Assembly (NCBI GenBank): GCA_004022145.1
Contig: RCNU01000009.1
Strand: one strand, 5' to 3'
Source: Paecilomyces variotii
Lineage: Eukaryota
Length of the DNA: 64,000 nucleotides
Position numbers and translations under genes: made by a program. Below are positions 23,347-35,916 of this stretch, in pieces. The notes under the pieces were generated by a model. It worked only from the letters and a program-made list of their open reading frames with translations, was not told where the DNA came from and did no database searches. Within the stretch, counting starts at the first letter, position 1. Every line of letters begins with the position of its first letter.

Positions 23347-24767
23347 TCAGAGGAGCATGCCAAGACATAACACAGCTAGCAAGAAGAGCTTCAGATATAT
23401 CGATTCGATGCCCATGAGACTTCCACTATTAGGAGCGACTGGCTGCTGCGGCTCTGCCTTTGGAACAGCGCCCGTGGCAGATGATCCTGCCGTCGCCATA
23501 CAGCTTGTTCCACAGGCGAAGCCCGTCGGGCAACATCCGCCGCCTGCAGTATCTGCGCAGCTGAACCAGCCGCTTGCACAGCGAGCTACCCCAGTGCCGC
23601 CGCTCGATGCTGCAGTGCCGGTAGTGCTGCCCGCAGGGACAACAATGGTACGGCCGTCTGATGTAAAAGTCGAGCTGGATGTGATCGGACAAGAAGTGGT
23701 GTCGCAGTTCCGGCCGGTACGACAGCATCCACCATGATAAACAGCAGAGCAAGCATAGAACCCTGTGGGGCAGACGGAGCCGCTGGTGATGCTAGTAGTA
23801 GTACTGCTGGATTCTTCCGTGGTGAAGGTAGACACGCTCGTGGGACGAGCTGGAGGAATGAGTCCTCCTGTCGTTCCTGAAGAAGCGGGACTCGTAGAAC
23901 TCGTGGTTTGAACAGGTGACGGAGTGGAGGTCGAATAAGGCCTCGTAACAGTCGGGTGGATTGTCACCGTCACGGTGGCTATATAAGCACCTGCATTGGA
24001 TTAGTAACTGTTGCTATGCCTGGGCCATACAGAAAGCAAAACTTACAGCCACTGTTGACGCACTCATAGCCTGGAATACAGCATCCTCCTCCGGGGTTGC
24101 TCGGACAGCTGCTGTAACCCGCGCCGCACGTTGTAATCGACCCAGAACAGCTCTGTCCCTGGGGGCAGCAGCCAACATCTCCAAGACCGGTGTCCTGTAT
24201 TAATTGGCAAACTTCACCAGTGCCACAGCAGCTACTGGGCCGATTGATGGAAGTGCAGCTATGACTGCCGGCAGGACACTGGAATGCGCGCTTCGCCAAT
24301 GGGGACAGCAGATCTCTCGGAGCTGGTACATAACGCCCGATAAGATAAGGCGCACCACCGATTTGCTCGTCCGAATGGAGTGGAAAAGAGGGAAGAAAGT
24401 ATGGGAGGGGCTCTGAATTATTTGCCCATGTATATGACTCCGAATTCCCTTCTTCGTAGCGGTCTTGTTCTCCCGTCGTATCATTCAGTCCAATATTTTC
24501 AACTTCGTCGCCAAAGTACCAATATTCCGGCCAGAACTTTTCACCTTCGTCGTCGCTCATTTTCTTAACCCCGATTACCGGTTTCGACGCCAACTTGCGA
24601 GCAACGGCATATTCGTGGAGGGTATAAGAGGTTCTATTCCCATCGTACCCATCTCGGACAGCATTGTCCGTTGATGCGGGGCCATGACCACCAGCAGCAA
24701 CTAAAGCGGAGTGTGGTAGTAATGTCGAAAATGACAGAAAGGACAATGGAGGTAATAAGAGCCGCAT
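23347..24767 (-). CDS. Secreted Cys-rich, Ser/Thr-rich, probably GPI-anchored protein; intron 24046-23991
   Basis: Hydrophobic signal peptide, dibasic LAKR site, repeated CPxGxxxC...GGCC modules, S/T stalk and hydrophobic C-terminus. Confidence 0.85.
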
Positions 24768-25742
24768 CTATGCCGTTGAAATCTGCATATTACGATCATT
24801 GTTAGCAAAAGTAGCCCCCGATCAAGAGCTGATTGCACAGAGCTGTCAAGTCGACCGGCGGAGAACCTACCAAACAAAGACAGTTAAAGCTATTGCGTAG
24901 ATCATAAATTATTCGAAGGAAATAGATATCAGTAAGATAAACGAACGCCAATACAATTATGACAAGGGAAAGAAAGTCGAAAAACACAGTGGCTGAAAAA
25001 GAAAATAGCGTGGCTGCCAGAGCTCAGACAATCTCATGGTTGTTATCCCGATGGCTGGGGCTGCACACTAGAGTTGCCGGGGATATTGTTAGCTCCCGCT
25101 TATCGACAAGTCTGGCTCTGCCCGATCTGCATCACCGCCTTCACTAACTACTTCAATTTGTGGTATAATCTGTAGGCTATGATAGATTAAGTAAAGAGCA
25201 GTGGATCTGCGATAAGAATAGAAGTCTGTTACAACACTCTTGCTGTTCCCTAGTAATCTATTTACATATAATAGCAGAATCAAGTCGACGGGGAAACATA
25301 GAAAGAATACGCTTCGGTATAGGGCCAATATCTACAGAATTGACGGCCATAACAGCTGACGCACTGATATCAAATAAGAAGATGGCAATTCTCAAGTTGG
25401 CAAGTATCTATGTGGAATCCAAACAATGACGGGGGTATCGTCGTTAACTAGAATCAGTCGTGACAGGCGGAGGGGGAAAGTGCAGGCGGAACATGACATA
25501 TGTGCACAAAGGGTACAGACGCCAACGCTTGCTATGGGGGAACAGAAAAGAAACATAATTGTGTCCTAGTGGACTTGTTGATAAAAAGATAAATCAGGCA
25601 AATCAGTGCAGGAAGGGGGTCCAAGGCAAATAGGAGGCAAGATTGGTGCTCACAAATAGGAAAATGAAGCAAGGAGGTGTATAAACAAAGGCCATAGATA
25701 TAGACTGCAAACTGTAGCTTGCACGGTGAAGCAATCGGGGAT

Positions 25743-28700
25743 TTAGCCAGAGAAGATCGTTTGGAACCAAGAAGATCGCTTGCTGCGACTGCGGGGAGAC
25801 ACTGATTCGACTAGTGTCAGGGGTTACAGTGCACGATGCCGGTAAGCAATAAATGAAATTACTCACCCGCAGAGTCTGCAGGTTTGTCCTCCTTCGCAGG
25901 CTCTTCCTCGACGTGAGACTCTTCGGTGGCGATGGTTTCAGTGGCTTCTTCTTCGTATTTGCTGTTATCGTCAGCCGCCTCGGAGGCTTCAGTAGATTCA
26001 GGTTCGTCCGCCTTCTGTTCCGAATCGGGTTCGGTCGTTTCCTTTGTTTCTCCAGCCGCTTGGGTGGCTTCCTGTTCCATCTTTTCCATTTCGGCAGCCC
26101 GAGCCTGTTGTCTCTCCCACACCTCCTTTCTGATGCGTTCATCTTTGGCTTTGCGTAGCCTCTCAGCTTCCTCTACTCCGCCACTCTTCTTCAACTTCCC
26201 CTCCGCAACAAAGTTGCCGAGCTCCTTCTGGAACAGTCCAATTCGGCGATCCTCCAACTCCTTCTGACGAGCCTTTTCAGCTCGCTCAATAGCTTCTAGC
26301 CGGGATTCGTGGTTCGGCTGGAGTGCACGGACCTCTCCCAGCATATTATCCTTGGCTTTAACCGGGTCGACTGTTGGATGATCGAAAGCGAGGTTGCGTG
26401 AGGTACTGCGGAGGACGACACCGCCGTTGGCGGGCTGCATGCTCTGCTCCTTCGTAGCTTGTTCGACGAGCGCGAACGTCTGTGCGGCTTTCTCGAGATC
26501 ATCCTGCAAGTCTGCCGCCAAGTCTTCCTGCATGGTGAGTTGGTCACGTTCTTCGCAGACAAGCTGCAGTTCCTTCTCCCAGATCTTGGTCCAGATGGGC
26601 TTCTCGCGCTTCAAGAAGTCCTGCATCTTCTTCAATTCCTTTGTCACAGCACTGATGTCCTTGCCCACTCCTTCAAGCTGTCTCGGCAACGGTCGGACTC
26701 CTCGGGAGACTACGTCCTTACGAAGATCCTCGACGAGGTCCTGAAGATCGTCGACACGTGCGACAAGCCTCTCAGATTCGTCTGCCAGCTCTTTCTTTCC
26801 AGAGTTGACGCGACGTCGTCCTGAATCGCCCTCATAGGAGGGAACAGTCATATCAGAAGCGGTGGCCTTCACGCTGCTGGCCTTTGATCGAATCGTATTC
26901 ATTGAGGCAGCGATGTCCGAGGAGAAATTGGAGTACGTCTGGCGTAGTACCGCCAAATCACGTCGCAGGCTTTGAAGCTCAGCGAGTTGACTATTGCTAC
27001 CTGGGACCGAGCCAGAGCGTCCTGCTGCAGCCTTGGGAGCCCCGGCAGATACAGACACTGAGGCAGCAGAGAGACGGGCCATTTCTTTGGCTGCTTCTAG
27101 CTGACGGTCGGAGACGCGCTGCATCATACTCTCTTGGCCGTCAAGAGCACCCTTGACGCCCTCGATCAGGCGGCGAATGTTGCCAAGACCATCATCGAAA
27201 TGCTTCTTGACTTCATCGAGAGCCTCGACGTTCAATACTAGAACAGATCGGTCCTTCACGTCGTTTAGGTCCTCCAGTTCATGGCGTACGCCGGATACTG
27301 GATCTTGTATGTAGATCTCGGGAAGATCTGCGCCATTGTTGTGCGTATTCCACGCGAACTTCTCGATGAAAGCTAGCTGTAGCCTGCCGATTGTCAAGCC
27401 AGCAGGGCCTTCTGGAAGAACATACTTCTTGATCTTGCTCTTGTACTGCAGAAAGAGAGTCAGCTCCTTTCCAGGGGAAGGCGATTGCTCCGGCGTGAAT
27501 TGCTGAGAATGAGGGGGCGTCGAAACTGCGGAGGGTGGTTCCTTCGGAGCAGTCGGTGTCCCTAGCCTGACACTCGGGTCACTGCCAGTACTCTTGCTCG
27601 GCTCAAACGCTTCAGCCAAAGAGCTTCCTTCAGGGGGACGAGGCAAGTTTGGTAAGGGACCGCCGACAACTGAGGGGTCTCGGCTATCCAGTCCAGCCGT
27701 TGAGCGGGCTGCGTCTTCAGAGGTCTTTGCAGTCGAGCTGTCGCTAGCACCCGAAGGCTCAGGTCGAAGTCGACCCTCGTCGCCTTCTTCCGCGATGCTT
27801 GGGGGCGGCTGACCCTGACTACTCCTGCTGGGTGACGGTTCGTTGAGACGACTCGTTGATCGAGATTTTCCGTGGGCGTAGGAACCACGCAGACGGACAG
27901 CGTTTAATGATTCCCGGACGTCCTTCCCTCTATTTGGCAACGGCGAGTTCTGGCTTGGAAGCATTGGCACTCCGCTGGGCGACGTACCAAGGTGCTTTTG
28001 GATTTGGTACGCGGAGAATCTCCTCGATGCTCGTCTCTCGAGCTCACCACTCCGCTGTAAAGCACCTAATGCATCGTCCTGCTTTGGAGGGGGCGGTGGC
28101 GGGGGCGCAGGGTAGGGAGGCGTATAACCCTGAGATGAAGGGGCTCGCGACTCATTTTCTGAATACGGGGTCTGGACAGGAAGATTCTGCATGGCTGCAC
28201 TGGACATAGAGGAAGATGACTCCGATGCGGTGAGCATCTTCTGCGCTTCACGCCTCGACGCCTCTCTCTCTGAATAAGGGTTCGACTGTGCAGATGATGT
28301 TCGAGGCGGCACCGGCGGCTCATCTGCAACGGATCCATTGCTTCCAAATCGTCGACCCGGCTGTCTCCTTGGAGAAGTCGGGGCGGTCATCTCATCGTAC
28401 AATTGAGACTGTGAGCTGGTGACGCTTCCGGCACTTGCCTGCCGTCCGGATGATGCCCTGCCATCGTCTCTTGTCTGCCGTGATCGCAACCTTGCCTGCT
28501 TTTTCTTCAACCCATGGAGCAGGTTTATGATGATATCTCGAATGCGGGGCAGGAATCGATCCAGGCTTTGGGGGGAAGCATCCTGACTGAGGGTGTCTTC
28601 GAGAATGGTTCGTAATAGGTCCGGCACGGGCCCCAAATCCGCCGTGTCCACCCCAATCGCTCCAAAGGCTCGACAGGCCAGGTTGAATTCATAACCCAAG

Positions 28701-29031
28701 CGGACATAGACATCAGACACCTCGTTCTCGGAGGCCTGTTTTCGAGACCATTGTGTCAACGTCTCCAAGAGCTGCTTTGTAGCCACCAACAGGTGGGTTA
28801 CGCTCTTTTCGATCTGGGAGAGTTGTTTGTCAGGCTGTCGACAGCAGAGGACATCCAACAAGTTAGCGGACTTCTTCCCCCAGAACGGTGCCATGGTTGG
28901 GGCGAACGCGCAGGACAGGGAAATGAGGGACAAAGGGAGCAAGATCAATGAAAACCTACCACTGCAGTTCGGGATGGTTGTGATTTGGCCGATGCTGATG
29001 AACTGCGCGGACCAGATGTTTGGGAAGCCAT
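25743..29031 (-). CDS. bud6: Actin-interacting protein Bud6/Aip3, exons about 29031-28960, 28834-25867, 25810-25743
   Basis: IEKSVTHLLVATKQLLETLTQWSR N-terminal motif, LTLFLQYKSKIKK, IYIQDPVSGVRHELEDL, and AIP3 core EKPIWTKIWEKEL...LQPNHESRLEAIERAEK. Confidence 0.92.
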
Positions 29032-31860
29032 CGTGCCTCCAATGCCGCTCCCCGGGGCGGGCGACATGTGTTGGAATGGGGTTTGCTGTCCAGGATCTCC
29101 ACCAGGATAAGGTCAATGAGGTTCGGTTGGGCGATAAACTGCAAGTTCACAGTAATTAACAGTCGAAAGACTGAGCACAGAGCAGTAGAGTCCCCGCGAC
29201 AAAGGATGATGATGGATAAGGGAGGAGGAGGTTAGGGTACCGTAACGGGGTGCGACGGCTCTGAAGCTCGCACACTTTAAGGTTGGAGGCCCTTTGAGAT
29301 CGGGGAGGTTCGTGTGTGACTTGCACTCTTTAGGCATGGCGGCGGGTCACGGGCTCCGGGCTACGGCTTGCGGTCGCTGCGTATTGTTATTATTACTGCG
29401 CCTTGCGGAGGAAATAATCCGATTCTCAATGGCACTACAGTTGGATAGCTATTATCTAGTGCATTGGATGTTTTTGGTCTTCACTTGGCTATGTCTCCCT
29501 GAACAGTGACACAGGCACAGTATGCTGGGGAGGCCAGTGTGATTGATGGTGGTGGTAATACTCCCTGGATCGGCAGAAACATCCTGTTGGAGAGGCTGCA
29601 TCCCATTATTTATTTCCTCCTAGATAAGGTCATTAACTACTCGTCTCTAGCCGATCATCTTATGCAATTCTTACCGAGCTACCTCATATCTCCCAAGCCG
29701 GTATCTAGTCCCTTGACTGCTGAGATTATTGCCATATCTATATGGCTTCTCGATGAGTATTCAGCACCGATCTTGATTTGCGTCATGGCGAATAATGTAT
29801 CGTTTCGCTAGCGCTCAACGACAAGGTTACCTAACTCGGTTTATTCGATCTTACAGGTCATTGAATGACTAGCAAGCAGGTTAAGCTACTGCTTGCAGTT
29901 TACAATTTCTTTTCTTACTATAGATGATAGTATATCCTCTCCGGTGGTTTTTCGTCAAACTACTATCTGCAGATAAGAGCAATTACATGTAGAATAGATC
30001 GTGGATAGATCGATTGGAACCATAAGCAGAATCTCTATATGAAAGATATCGAATCTGGTAAATAGCCAAGGTAGGCAGAATGTAGACCTAATCGATTTGC
30101 GAGATACTCTAGTTACCAACCCTTCCCTTTCCTAATGCCTCCCTAGAAGGAGTAATAATACGAGCAGAACAGATAAGACCAGACGCGAGGGATGGCATCT
30201 AGTTGTTTTCGTTTCGAATAGCCATCCCGGATAAGTTAAGATCCCTTAACTAACTTGCCCCTCTACCTAAGAGAGTAGGCATCTAGCACGGCCGTCAATA
30301 GTCTGAGCTTAATTTGCAAAACGATCGTGCTGATTTCATCACTACTTGCTGGCAGCATCCGGGCCAGATCCGTTGACGGCGCTAACTTAGGCCAGGGTCC
30401 GAAAGTTAAGTCAGGCTTGTAATAATAATAATACTTATCGATAGCATGACCTGCCATACGAAGTTGACAGTCCCAAACTGACGGGCGGAACGGACGTTTT
30501 TCCCCCTCCTTCAGCCTTGTCTTCGTTGAGGAAGAGGATGATTCTATTTTTGACTATATATAGTTGGACGACAGTTCCGCTATAATTGATAAAGGAAAAT
30601 GAAGGTATCAGTCAGGCACTATCTATGGTGTTTAAACGCTTATAACCGCATAGTAGATGGAAAAGTAAGCATATACGAGCATGTTATCCAAGCATCAGCC
30701 AATGATCTCATGACCTCGTAGCAGCGGAAAGAGGCCCCGTGAAGAATGAATGGGCATTGTTCTGTCAGGATGTCAAAAAAGCAATCGTGGCCAATTAGGC
30801 ATGCTGTCCAAGACTAAATAAATGACAGACCTTGAGGCTCCGCTAAGACAGCCTAGCGCGTGGAGAGGGTTTGGAACTTTTGGGATGGGATGTGGATAAG
30901 AATAATGGGAATGTGGACTCGATACGCAACCGCGCATCATCCGGGCGATCAAACGCACTATTCTCCAGTAGTAGAGAGAAAATGGCTGTGCCGCAGCGTA
31001 AGGGATTTTCCTTCAAACGGCAGGTGGTTGGGAAAAAAAATCGGATCCTTCTTATTTAATGAATTTTTCTTTTTCTTTTCGCTTAAGTATGGACTCTGGT
31101 CCTATTATTGCAAAGTGAGGCAACTTTTCTCTTTCTCTCTTGGATGTATTACATAGCATAAGGTAGTATGGGTTCCAAAGGAGGATCAGGGCTGAGGAGA
31201 AAAGCCATCCTGTGATTCAGCCTGCCACAGCAGACAGTCGAGGGCAGCCAGTAATTAGCCAGTCTATCCTGATCTGAGGATGGGATGCACATTATCCAAT
31301 AATGGATTTGAAGGCGAGCGGGCAGCTGTGATGGCTGGTTCTATAGTGCATTGCCCTGCAGCAGCAGCAGCGCCCAGAAGTTTCATGCGTGGACAAGATG
31401 CAATCAATGAAAAAACGGGGTTGAAAGGATCTGAGAGTACTGGTTGCGGGATTGTAGGAGACATGGCCATGACAAGCCAATAATGGCATTATTACTCCTG
31501 GGGTGAAGCTGACAGGCAAGCGCACCGTTAAAGCGTAGGGTCTGGGGCGGGTCGCGGCTCCACGGAAACTGCTTGACTTCTTTTCTCCCCAGCACGCATC
31601 TTAGAGGGAAGAAAACAGCCGGAGGAATAATAGGACAGGCAAACGGACAAACATCCAGATTGACAAAAAAAAGAAGAAAACGAAGACCTGTCTACAAGAG
31701 CATCAGCTGTCATCCCAGATGGGTGATCGTTGTTGGCATTATTCGTTCATTCCAGCTCTTCTTCTCTCGCTGCCCCGTTCTCCACCGAGCCCAAAGTCTC
31801 AGGCTAGCTAAGTAGAGTACTACTACTAACTAACTACCTAACTAACTACCTCTTCCCTTC

Positions 31861-31882
31861 CTCTCTCTCTCTCTCTCTCTCT
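31861..31882 (+). repeat. (CT)n microsatellite upstream of pbp1
   Basis: Directly visible. Confidence 0.9.
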
Positions 31883-32181
31883 CGCTCCCCTCAGATCCAA
31901 AACCACAACCAACGCTTGTTGTCCTCTCTCCGGACTCCCTCTCCACCCCTCTCTTCCTCCCCTTCCGCATTCTTTCTTTTTCTCTGTCCTCCTCGTCTCT
32001 CTCTTCCTTCCATTGAAGCCTTCCTGGCTTCTTCTTCTCCTCTTCGATCTTGTATTTATTTTCAGGGCCGTCCTGCTCCCGTGCCTCAGGCGGTGTCCTG
32101 TGGCTTCTCCAACCTTTCCGCGCTCCGACTTTGCGTCGTGCGAAGTCCCACGACGGGAGCTTGATCTGACGACCCATCTCG

Positions 32182-35100
32182 ATGGCTTCCACCATCAACT
32201 CCTTGCCAGCAGCCAGCAGCGCATCTGGCAATGGCATCAACCCCGCATCCCAGAATCCCAACAACTCGAGACCTTCTCTACGGACGACGAGCAGCTTGAA
32301 AGGGCCCGATGGTGGCCGTCGACAGTCGGGGAGCCCTGTAGATGGGGCGCAGAGGTACGTGACATGACACTGGAAATATTTCTTGTTCCCTTCAAGAATC
32401 TCGTCTTCATGGGACCGTTGCGCCGGAGCACGGCAGTTACTAGTATACGGATCGCGTTGCTATCCGCATTACTTTTCTACCATCGTCCTATATCTTTTGT
32501 GTACACAGCTGCCTTGCACGTGCCCACAGCAACTTGCCTGGCCCAAGCTTCGTCGGGCCATAACCAGAGAAACCTTCCCAGTGGCATGGGCGAAGCTGGA
32601 CAGTACCGTCGACTGGCGCATCTGCCTTCATTTACCTACTGTGATTCCTCTTCATCCGATTCACTAACTGACCGATCGCCGCTTCCAGACGAAACAACCC
32701 TCCGAAGGCGTGGACCCAAGGGACAAACCCCATCACGCAGAAACCCTCATACCAGCACCAGAACGGGAATGCGTCGCGGCAGAAATCGACTGCATCCTCC
32801 AAAGCCATGTCTCAGAAAGAAACCAACACTCCCGATAGCCATGCTCACGATCGACTCATCTTCCTTATCACTAGCTTCATCGTGAGCGCTCACCGTCCCA
32901 CTGTTTACGCAGAGGGAACGAGCTAATGATTCCTAGGGTCTCTCCGCTACAGTCACCACCAAAAATGGTGATAAATTCACTGGAATCTTTTCTTCCTCGT
33001 CCCTAGAACCTAACGACTCCACATTCACACTGAAGATGGTACACCGTCCTTCGGCGCAGTCTGACCAAACTCGGGCCAATGGGCTGAGTGACGTTGCAAG
33101 CCCCTACCTTGGTTCTGCGCCAGATCACAGCATGTCGTTCGACATCAAAGAAATCGCAGATTTGTCTGTGGCAGAAGTGTCAACGGCGAATGTGACCCAG
33201 AAGGAGCAAAATGGTGTGTATACGTCTCGAGCGCCAGGTATCGGGTGAATTTTTTCTAACTGCACTAGGTGGTGGTGCTGCTGGTTTCCGAACTGATGCC
33301 GATATCGCTGGCAACCTTGCTATTCGCGAACGCAACCTCCAACGTTGGGAGCCTGGCCCGGATACGGACGTCGATCTATCATTGGAGAGGACGAACACGC
33401 AGGGTTGGGACCAATTCGAAACGAATGAGAGACTCTTTGGTGCCACAAGCAACTACGACGAGAACATATATACTACCCGTATCAACCGTTCGGATCCCGC
33501 GTATAAGCTGAAAGAGGCAGAGGCAGCACGGATCGCTCGGGAGATCGAGAGCGGTCAAACGGACAACCCGCATCTGCGAGAGGAACGAGGCCATGTGCCA
33601 GAAAATGACGGTCTTGACGAGGAAGAGAAATACAGCGGTGTCCGCCGTGATGAATTCCCTCCGCTCCAGTCTGGACAACCAAACAAATACACCCCGCCGG
33701 CACGCCGGGCCCCTACTGGACAACCGACCGTGTCCGGGGCGCCTTTCGACCCTGCCATCGTCTCAGCACAGCTCGCGCGACCAGACTCTGTTCCGAAGCC
33801 TGCTCAGTCAAAGCCGAGTGGTCCCTCGGATAGTGCGCAGTCGACGCAGCAGCCCCAGCCGGCGAAATCTGTTCCTCCTAAACCAGCCACCGAGGCGGAG
33901 CCAAAGACTCTACCGACCAAGCCCGCAGCGACAACTACGGCGACGCAGAAGCGTCCTGGCGTTGAGAATGCGACGGCAAATGTTGAGGCGGAAGTCTTGG
34001 ACCATTTCCGACAGTTTGCTAACAGTGAGAAGCTCAAGATGCAAGAACGTCGCCGCAACCAGGCTTCCTATGACCGTACCCTTAAGCTGAACGAGCTGAT
34101 GAAGTTCTCCAAGAACTTCAAGCTTTCCACTCCGGTTCCGAAAGACCTGGTTCCCATCTTAGCTAAGGACCCAAGCAAGCAGGAGGAGATCATCCACAGA
34201 GCTCAGCAACAGGCAGAGGAAAAGGGACCAACTAAGACCACACCACCTGCCACCGAACAGAAGCCAGCTGCCCGCCCTGCAGTACCTGGCCGCTACGATG
34301 CTGGCACTGTTCCTCCATCGGCCCCGTCTGACCGTCAGAACTTCAATCGCGGCCGTCAAGGATTCCCGCCCACTGGCCCACAGATGGGCCCAGCCGGGCG
34401 TATGCAGCATCAAACGATGCATCCTGGACGCGCTGGATCCGGCCTACTCAGTCACCGCCTAGCTGATAACTTGCAGCAGCGAAAGGGCGCAGCGATTGGT
34501 AACGTACCTGCTGCATTGCCTCTTCAAGATGCCAAAGCGCAGCCCACCGCCACTGGGGACCAGTCCGGCGTGTCGAGCCCTGGCAAGGTCCAGACGCCTA
34601 CATCTGCCGTCTCGACCAAGTTCAATGTGAGGGCAATGGAATTCAAGCCCAACCCAGCAGCGAGTACTTTTACTCCTGGCTCGAACGTTTCGAGCCCCCA
34701 GGTTGGTCTCCGAGGACGTTCAATATCTCGAGCAACCAGTCCATCTGTCTTTTTCGGTGCGAAAAAGCCACTGCCTGCTGCAGAACGCCCTTCTATCAGC
34801 GACAACTTCAACCCCATCAAGCGCATGAAGAAGGAGAACGCGGATCAGGCGGATAAGGACCACTATGCGTTTAACGGTGGCATCCCTCCGGCGTACAAGA
34901 CCCCGCCTACTTGGGATGTCGCTCCTGGCAATGAGGAGAAGACATATGCTGATATGTTCAAGAGCCCTGTCGCCCTGCCATCCATATCGCCTCAGGGCCG
35001 CGCTTCTTCTAACCCCCAGCTGCCTCATCAGCATCAGCTTCCTTTCCACCTTCAAGGAAATCATGCCATGCCCCCTACTTCCGGCCCACCGCACGGCCCT

Positions 35101-35916
35101 CACCATCTCCATCCCCAGCACCATGCTTCTGGGCCTCCTCATTTCGATGATCACCATCGCATGCAGATGTCTGCCTCTACATCGCAGATGTTTCCGTCAC
35201 CTCGTCTCCAGCATAGCCATGTTGCCTATCCATCTCCCATGGCTCCGCATGCACAGCTGGCATTCGGCCAGCCGATGCCTCAATTTTACATGAACCAAGG
35301 GGCCCCGCAGCCTGCCCACATGCGGCACTATCCTGGCGCACCGCAGTTTGTGAATCCGCAGGCCATGGGAGCTCCAATGATGGTCCAGCAGCCCTCGAGT
35401 GGTCCGTACATGGGAATGCCCCAAGCAATGACCCCTTATACGCCTCAGATGCAGATGTACTCTCCTAGCCCTGCCCATGCCTACCCGCAGCATGCTGCGC
35501 CGCCTCCCCAGCCGCACAGTGGATATCCCAGTCCCAGCCGAGGGGCCCCGATGATGATGCACCAGGGCTCTCAGCCCGGTCAACCGCCGCAGCCCGTGAT
35601 GTTCATGGCGCCTGGACAGCATGGCCAACCCGTCTATGCGTCTCAGCAGCCTGGTCACAGTAAGCTTCGCTGAACTCGCTCGTCGTACGGAACGCAAGGT
35701 TGCTGATTCTATCTAGTGCCGCCCGTGCGGACAGCCTACCCACAGCAGCAACCTTACTTCTCGTCGAGCCCTCATCAGATGCAGCCTTACATGCCTCACC
35801 AGCATCGTGCTCCCAGCAATGGCTTCAATCAGATGCCTCCCCATATGCCTTCTCAGCCTCCTCCCAATCCTGCATCCGCACCTCATCCGCCTGAAGCTGC
35901 AGACGAAGTGAAATGA
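32182..35916 (+). CDS. pbp1: Pbp1 / ataxin-2 homolog, 5 exons (about 32182-32354, 32689-32881, 32937-33213, 33269-35659, 35717-35916)
   Basis: LSm-like region (GLSATVTTKNGDKFTGIF), LsmAD (WDQFETNERLFGATSNYDENIYTT), PAM2-like KFNVRAMEFKP, and a Pro/Gln/Met-rich tail. Confidence 0.92.

Noticed and set aside
32013..32885. 290-aa ORF at the 5' end of pbp1
   Set aside because: Non-ATG start, runs across pbp1 exons and intron, and shows no protein-like features.
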